Shown here piece by piece: positions 48,432-52,926 of a DNA stretch of 52,926 bases. Position numbers and translations under genes: made by a program. The notes beneath the pieces are model-generated. The model searched no databases. It was not told the origin of the DNA and saw nothing but the letters and a program-made list of their open reading frames with translations. How positions within the stretch are numbered: position 1 is the stretch's first letter; each line of letters begins with the position of its first letter. The DNA is taken from the IMG/VR virus record IMGVR_UViG_3300009498_000007, positions 1 to 52,926 of that record, one strand, 5' to 3'. Origin of the DNA: a virus (lineage: Duplodnaviria > Caudoviricetes).

Positions 48432-49397
48432 ATGGATCAATTAACGTTATGGATGGCCTTGGGCTTTCTATTTGCGGGCTATAGTGTTATAGCAAACGAT
48501 AGTATACAAACACTAGGTACATGGATTGCTAGTAATAACGAGCGATTTAAATGGACAACAATGTGGGCCGCCGCTTCGGCGGTTTTATTATGGGCATTGT
48601 GGTACGGATGGTATATGAATGGTGGCGACATAAGTTACGGCCGGTTAGATAAGATACCTTTTCAAGAAGTTAAATGGTATCATGCAATGGCACCATTAGT
48701 GCTATTACTATTAACAAGGATAGGCGTACCCGTTAGTACGTCTTTTTTAGTTTTAAGTGCTTTTGCAAGTACATTTGTATTAGAAAAAATGCTTGTAAAA
48801 AGTATAATGGGTTATGCCGTTGCGGCAGTATTTGCATATATGCTTTGGTTTTTTATAGCTAGATGGATAGATGAAAAGAACAATCCTGTTAAAGAGGAAC
48901 GTAAAAAGTATTGGCGTATAGCACAATGGGTAAGTGCTGGATTTTTATGGTGGACTTGGCTAGCACATGATATTGCCAACATAGCAGTATTCTTACCAAG
49001 ACAAGTTCCTTGGGATATGATGTTAGGTGTTAGTATTATATTTGTAGGCGGACTCGCATTTATGTTCCGTGAAGGCGGCGGCAAGATACAAGAAATTGTA
49101 TTAGAAAAAGCACATACTAGATATGTAAGAAGTGCAACTATTATTAATACGGCATACTTTATATGTTTACTTTTCTTTAAAGAACTAAACAATATTCCAA
49201 TGTCAACTACATGGGTATTTGTTGGTATACTATGTGGTCGTGAATTAGCAATAGGTACACTTAGTAATGGCGAATATAAACTAAAAAATGTATTTCCTCT
49301 TATAGGTAGAGATTTCTTAAAAATGTTAGTTGGATTAGGTGCAAGTTTAGGTATTGTATTAACGATACATTACATATTAGTACCAAACGGCTTTTGA
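48432..49397 (+). CDS. Multi-pass membrane protein, PiT (inorganic phosphate transporter)-like; putative auxiliary metabolic gene
   Basis: Many hydrophobic helices; duplicated PiT-like signatures IANDS/AHDIAN and GVPVSTS/IPMSTTW. Confidence 0.65.
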   Translation: MDQLTLWMALGFLFAGYSVIANDSIQTLGTWIASNNERFKWTTMWAAASAVLLWALWYGWYMNGGDISYGRLDKIPFQEVKWYHAMAPLVLLLLTRIGVPVSTSFLVLSAFASTFVLEKMLVKSIMGYAVAAVFAYMLWFFIARWIDEKNNPVKEERKKYWRIAQWVSAGFLWWTWLAHDIANIAVFLPRQVPWDMMLGVSIIFVGGLAFMFREGGGKIQEIVLEKAHTRYVRSATIINTAYFICLLFFKELNNIPMSTTWVFVGILCGRELAIGTLSNGEYKLKNVFPLIGRDFLKMLVGLGASLGIVLTIHYILVPNGF

Positions 49398-49431
49398 GCT
49401 AGTTTTTGGTTAAATACGTTTGTAAAATAAC

Positions 49432-49460
49432 TTGACCAACCGGAAGATCTTTGCTATAAT
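49432..49460 (+). promoter_or_regulatory. sigma70-type promoter
   Basis: TTGACC 49432-37, N17, TGC-TATAAT 49455-60. Confidence 0.75.
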
Positions 49461-49489
49461 AGGTCTAGGTTGAAAGGACACAAACTATT

Positions 49490-49750
49490 ATGAAAACTAC
49501 TTTTGGAGTATTACTCACACTAGTACTAGCTTCGGCTTGTACACCACATTATAAAAAAGGTGAAATTGCTTATGATTGGGTTGGTTGTCATGTTGTAGGA
49601 TCAGAAAATCCTAAAAATGGTGAAACTGCTTTTGCTTTTATTACCAGCAACAAACTTAAAGAAGGACAACTACTCTATTTTAAACAAGTTGATACCTCAA
49701 CCGAAGAAAGTCGTGTAGGCAAAGTACAAACGGCTACACCTTGTAAATAA
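49490..49750 (+). CDS. Small lipoprotein
   Basis: MK + hydrophobic stretch + lipobox-like LASA-C; SD AAAGGA. Confidence 0.7.
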   Translation: MKTTFGVLLTLVLASACTPHYKKGEIAYDWVGCHVVGSENPKNGETAFAFITSNKLKEGQLLYFKQVDTSTEESRVGKVQTATPCK

Positions 49751-49753
49751 ATT

Positions 49754-49924
49754 ATGAATAGTAAAAATAATAACCCCAGCGATACAAAGACAGAAGATGA
49801 GTCTGAGTTAGCTGGGGTTAACTCTATGAAATACACTCAGCGAGCTTGGGATAGGATTGTTGGTATAGGTAAAGTACCAGCTAAGTATGCACTTAATCCT
49901 CAAGACGACCAATCTGAAGATTAG
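49754..49924 (+). CDS. Small hypothetical protein (56 aa, below track cutoff)
   Basis: MNSKNNNPSD...MKYTQRAWDRIVGIGKVP...SED*; fills the gap after the lipoprotein gene. Confidence 0.5.
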   Translation: MNSKNNNPSDTKTEDESELAGVNSMKYTQRAWDRIVGIGKVPAKYALNPQDDQSED

Positions 49925-50444
49925 ATTTAGTTAATCCTAAGTAAGGTAACCATTCTTCTCTTAACTTAGTTCTACTTGGCCTTTTACGCCATTTGTTAAC
50001 TAGATGATAATATTCAGGACTGAATGGTACTCTTAACGGCTTCTGTATCTTAGATCCTTTTTTCCAGTTGCATGGCTTACATGCAGTTACACAATTTTCC
50101 CATGACATATTTCCTCCAGCACTTTTTGGAATAACATGATCAATTGTTAATTCTTTTTCTTCAAATACTTCTGCACAATATTGGCACTGAAACATATCTC
50201 GCAAGTACAAGTTTGCACGGCTAAACTTTACTCGTTTCATTGGATTAAAGTATTCGTGTGTTACACATATACTTGGCACAGGATAGCACACTGTAGGACT
50301 ACGTACTACTTTGTCTGGGTAGTTTTCAATTACTGTTACTTTGTTTAAAAATACTAGTTTTATTGCCTGTTGCCAGCCAATAATGCTTAACGGAATAATT
50401 GATATTGGCTCGTAGTTTGCATTTAATAAAAGTGTGTCCATCAT
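49893..50444 (-). CDS. HNH endonuclease (McrA-like)
   Basis: LLLNANYEP, RD.FQCQYC, LTIDHVIPKSAGG..SWENCVTACKPCNWKKG. Confidence 0.92.
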   Translation of the reverse strand: MMDTLLLNANYEPISIIPLSIIGWQQAIKLVFLNKVTVIENYPDKVVRSPTVCYPVPSICVTHEYFNPMKRVKFSRANLYLRDMFQCQYCAEVFEEKELTIDHVIPKSAGGNMSWENCVTACKPCNWKKGSKIQKPLRVPFSPEYYHLVNKWRKRPSRTKLREEWLPYLGLTKSNLQIGRLED

Positions 50445-50521
50445 TAATACTTATTAGGCTAGTGTTGAGTGATAAGTATAGTGTATACTTGAAACGTATT
50501 TAACCACAGGGGAAATCTACA

Positions 50522-52087
50522 TTGAGTAAAAGTTTAGAAGGTGTATTAGTTAAACCTGCACACAAGAGTGAATCTTATTCCAAAACACAATTAGCAGAAC
50601 TTGTAAAATCTGCTGATCCTGTCAACGGCGTTTCCTATTTCCTTGAGAACTTTTTCTATATTCAGCATCCTACACAAGGTCGTTTACTTTATAATGCGTT
50701 TGATTACCAACGAGAGCTAATTGATGTCTATCATAATAATCGTTTTAGTATTAATTTACTAGGTAGACAGATGGGTAAAACTACGACAGCGGCAGGTTAT
50801 TTGTTGTGGTATGCCATGTTTAAGCCAGATAGTACTATTCTTATTGCGGCACACAAATACACAGGTGCCCAGGAAATTATGCAACGTATTCGTTATGCTT
50901 ATGAGCTATGTCCAAATCATATTCGTGCTGGTGTTACTAGTTACAACAAGGGCAGTATAGACTTTGAAAATGGCAGTAGAATTGTTAGTACTACAACAAC
51001 TGAAACAACAGGACGTGGTATGAGTATTACATTGTTGTATTGTGATGAGTTTGCATTTGTTCGTAATACTATTGCTCGAGAGTTTTGGACTAGTATTAGT
51101 CCTACACTAGCAACAGGTGGTAAAGCTATTCTTACAAGCACACCAAATAGTGACGAAGACCAATTTTGGTTGCTATGGAAGGGTGCTAATAAAACACAAG
51201 ATGAATTTGGGAACCGAACCGAAATAGGTGTAAATGGTTTTAAAGGATACATGGCTGTATGGGATAGGCATCCTGAACGAGACGTAGAATGGGCTACTCA
51301 AGAACGTGCTAGTATCGGCGACGAAAGGTTTAAAAGAGAACACGAATGTGAACCTATTATATATGACGAGACATTAATTAGTAGTATTAAATTGCTTGAA
51401 CTCGAAGGTCGTGAACCAATTGAAAAGCAAGGACAGGTACGTTGGTTCAAGAAACCTGAAATTGGATGTCAGTATGTAGTTGCATTAGATCCTAGTTTAG
51501 GAACTGGCGGAGACAACTCAGCTATACAGGTTTATGAAGTACCTAGTTTGGTACAAGTTGCTGAGTGGAAACATAACAAAACAGTAATACAAAGACAAAT
51601 TGTTATACTAAAAGAGATAGTTAGTTATATAAATGACATTATTGGCGACCCTAATAAGATTTATTATAGTATTGAAAATAATACACTAGGAGAAGCAGGG
51701 CTAGTAAGTATCAGTGAAATTGGTGAAGAGAATATTTCAGGTGTGTTTCTTAGCGAAGCGGCCAAAAAAGGTAATGTTCGTAAATTCCGTCGAGGATTCA
51801 ATACCACTGCTAAGAGTAAACTAGCCGCTTGTTCTAAATTTAAAATGTTACTTGAAACAAACAAGATAACAGTAAACAGTAAAAATTTATTATCGGAATT
51901 AAAATCCTTTGTTAGTCATGGCATAAGTTTTAGTGCAAAGCCAGGTGAACATGATGACTTAGTAATGAGTACTTTGTTAGCAGTCAGAATGATTCAACTA
52001 CTACAAAACTTTGACTCAGATCTTGATGACAAACTAAAAGATCAAATTGATGACTACATTGAACCGATGCCATTTATAGTTGTGTAA
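50522..52087 (+). CDS. gp17: Terminase large subunit (T4 gp17)
   Basis: FDYQ Q-motif, Walker A GRQMGKTT, Walker B LLYCDEFAF, TSTPN, ALDPSLG, ENN, HDDLVM; TTG start with SD GGGGA. Confidence 0.96.
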   Translation: MSKSLEGVLVKPAHKSESYSKTQLAELVKSADPVNGVSYFLENFFYIQHPTQGRLLYNAFDYQRELIDVYHNNRFSINLLGRQMGKTTTAAGYLLWYAMFKPDSTILIAAHKYTGAQEIMQRIRYAYELCPNHIRAGVTSYNKGSIDFENGSRIVSTTTTETTGRGMSITLLYCDEFAFVRNTIAREFWTSISPTLATGGKAILTSTPNSDEDQFWLLWKGANKTQDEFGNRTEIGVNGFKGYMAVWDRHPERDVEWATQERASIGDERFKREHECEPIIYDETLISSIKLLELEGREPIEKQGQVRWFKKPEIGCQYVVALDPSLGTGGDNSAIQVYEVPSLVQVAEWKHNKTVIQRQIVILKEIVSYINDIIGDPNKIYYSIENNTLGEAGLVSISEIGEENISGVFLSEAAKKGNVRKFRRGFNTTAKSKLAACSKFKMLLETNKITVNSKNLLSELKSFVSHGISFSAKPGEHDDLVMSTLLAVRMIQLLQNFDSDLDDKLKDQIDDYIEPMPFIVV

Positions 52088-52096
52088 GAGGAACGT

Positions 52097-52666
52097 ATGG
52101 AGATAGAACAGATAACTGAGAACCTTTACTGGATTAACAATGTAGTTGATAACGAAACACTAAAAAGAGTACAAACTGAACTTTACACACACGAAAAAGA
52201 AAACCCAGAACGTTGGCGCAAAGAAAATGCTCAGGATCATCTGAAACGTAAAATGATAGAAGATCATCCACTATGCAATGTAGTAGAAGATCAAGTTAGA
52301 GAACAACTTCCTCTTATTAATTCAACAATAAACAGCCAATGGGATCACGCAGAAGGTACACGTTTTTGGATAGATGAACCAGGCTTTACAATTGGCATAC
52401 ACAGAGATGATAATGTAAAAATAGCATTACATTTATACTGGGATGGTGAGAATGGAACAACGTTTTGGACACCAAAATTTGATCCAAAAGAAAAACGAAG
52501 TAGAGTAACTGATGATTATGGACTTACGTACCAGTTTAAATTTATACCAAACAGCGGTTACTTGATGCTAAATCCAAACAATGAAACTAACATGTTATTT
52601 CATTCAATGTTGCTACCAACAACGTGTCAGCGACTTGCAAGTTACACATATTTTCGCAAGGACTAA
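52097..52666 (+). CDS. 2OG-Fe(II) oxygenase-like protein
   Basis: HxD (IHRD), GTTF, distal His (FHSM) and Arg (QRLA). Confidence 0.65.
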   Translation: MEIEQITENLYWINNVVDNETLKRVQTELYTHEKENPERWRKENAQDHLKRKMIEDHPLCNVVEDQVREQLPLINSTINSQWDHAEGTRFWIDEPGFTIGIHRDDNVKIALHLYWDGENGTTFWTPKFDPKEKRSRVTDDYGLTYQFKFIPNSGYLMLNPNNETNMLFHSMLLPTTCQRLASYTYFRKD

Positions 52667-52691
52667 TTGTTTAAGTTAGGTAAATAGTATT

Positions 52692-52926
52692 ATGAAAGAT
52701 ATAAACAAAGTTGCAGAGCTATTATTCGACAAAATTCGTAGCCGTTTTTCTAACGTAACGTTAGGAACCGAGTCTGGTAAGAACACATCAGACCCAAGTC
52801 AAGCACGATTTTTTAACTTTAATTACATGTCAGGTGAAAAAGACTTTGGCAATGTAACTATAAGTATCATTGACGGAGTAAGTGTAAAGGTATACTTTAA
52901 TAAAGACCTTAGTAGCAACTTAGATA
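52692..52926 (+). CDS. 5' part of a hypothetical late gene (runs off window)
   Basis: MKDINKVAELLFDKIRSRFSNVTLG... open to window end; GGTAAATA 5 nt upstream. Confidence 0.7.
   Translation, partial: MKDINKVAELLFDKIRSRFSNVTLGTESGKNTSDPSQARFFNFNYMSGEKDFGNVTISIIDGVSVKVYFNKDLSSNLD

Noticed and set aside
34640-50515. Shared 12-mer TATTTAACCACA near gp14 (minus strand) and before gp17
   Set aside because: Largely explained as the reverse complement of a TGGTTAAATA late-promoter variant, also seen at ~49407
50522-52087. Intein or intron in terminase, portal or gp46
   Set aside because: Lengths and motif spacing are normal; no intein C/S...HN signatures or frame interruptions
1-52926. Alternative genetic code (stop codon reassignment)
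   Set aside because: Core genes are full length in code 11, and TAA, TAG and TGA all occur as genuine stops

Overview
A 52.9 kb segment of a low-GC, T4-like (myovirus) dsDNA phage genome in the standard genetic code. It covers most of the virion morphogenesis region in a rearranged order: gp46, radical-SAM genes, a GIY-YIG nuclease, gp26/gp51-like genes (minus strand), tape measure, gp20-gp21-gp22-gp23 head genes, a ~15 kb modular fibre/adhesin cluster, NUDIX, gp15/gp14/gp13, dNMP kinase, gp18/gp19, gp4, gp16, probable internal head proteins, a PiT-like transporter, HNH, gp17 and a 2OG-Fe(II) oxygenase. Most notable: (1) a ~400 nt GC-enriched, hairpin-rich non-coding region (three GNRA tetraloops, possible pseudoknots) directly after the compact GIY-YIG gene, a candidate nuclease + large ncRNA system; (2) a T-TTT-TTC -1 slippery site joining gp26-like and gp51-like frames, lambda G/GT style; (3) a repeated late-promoter-N5-ATG layout implying leaderless late mRNAs; (4) a Pho-box-like repeat before the transporter gene; (5) a scaffold C-terminal KKLAG motif and CTS-like N-termini shared by putative capsid cargo proteins. 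All family calls come from motif recognition by eye; no searches or folding programs were run.
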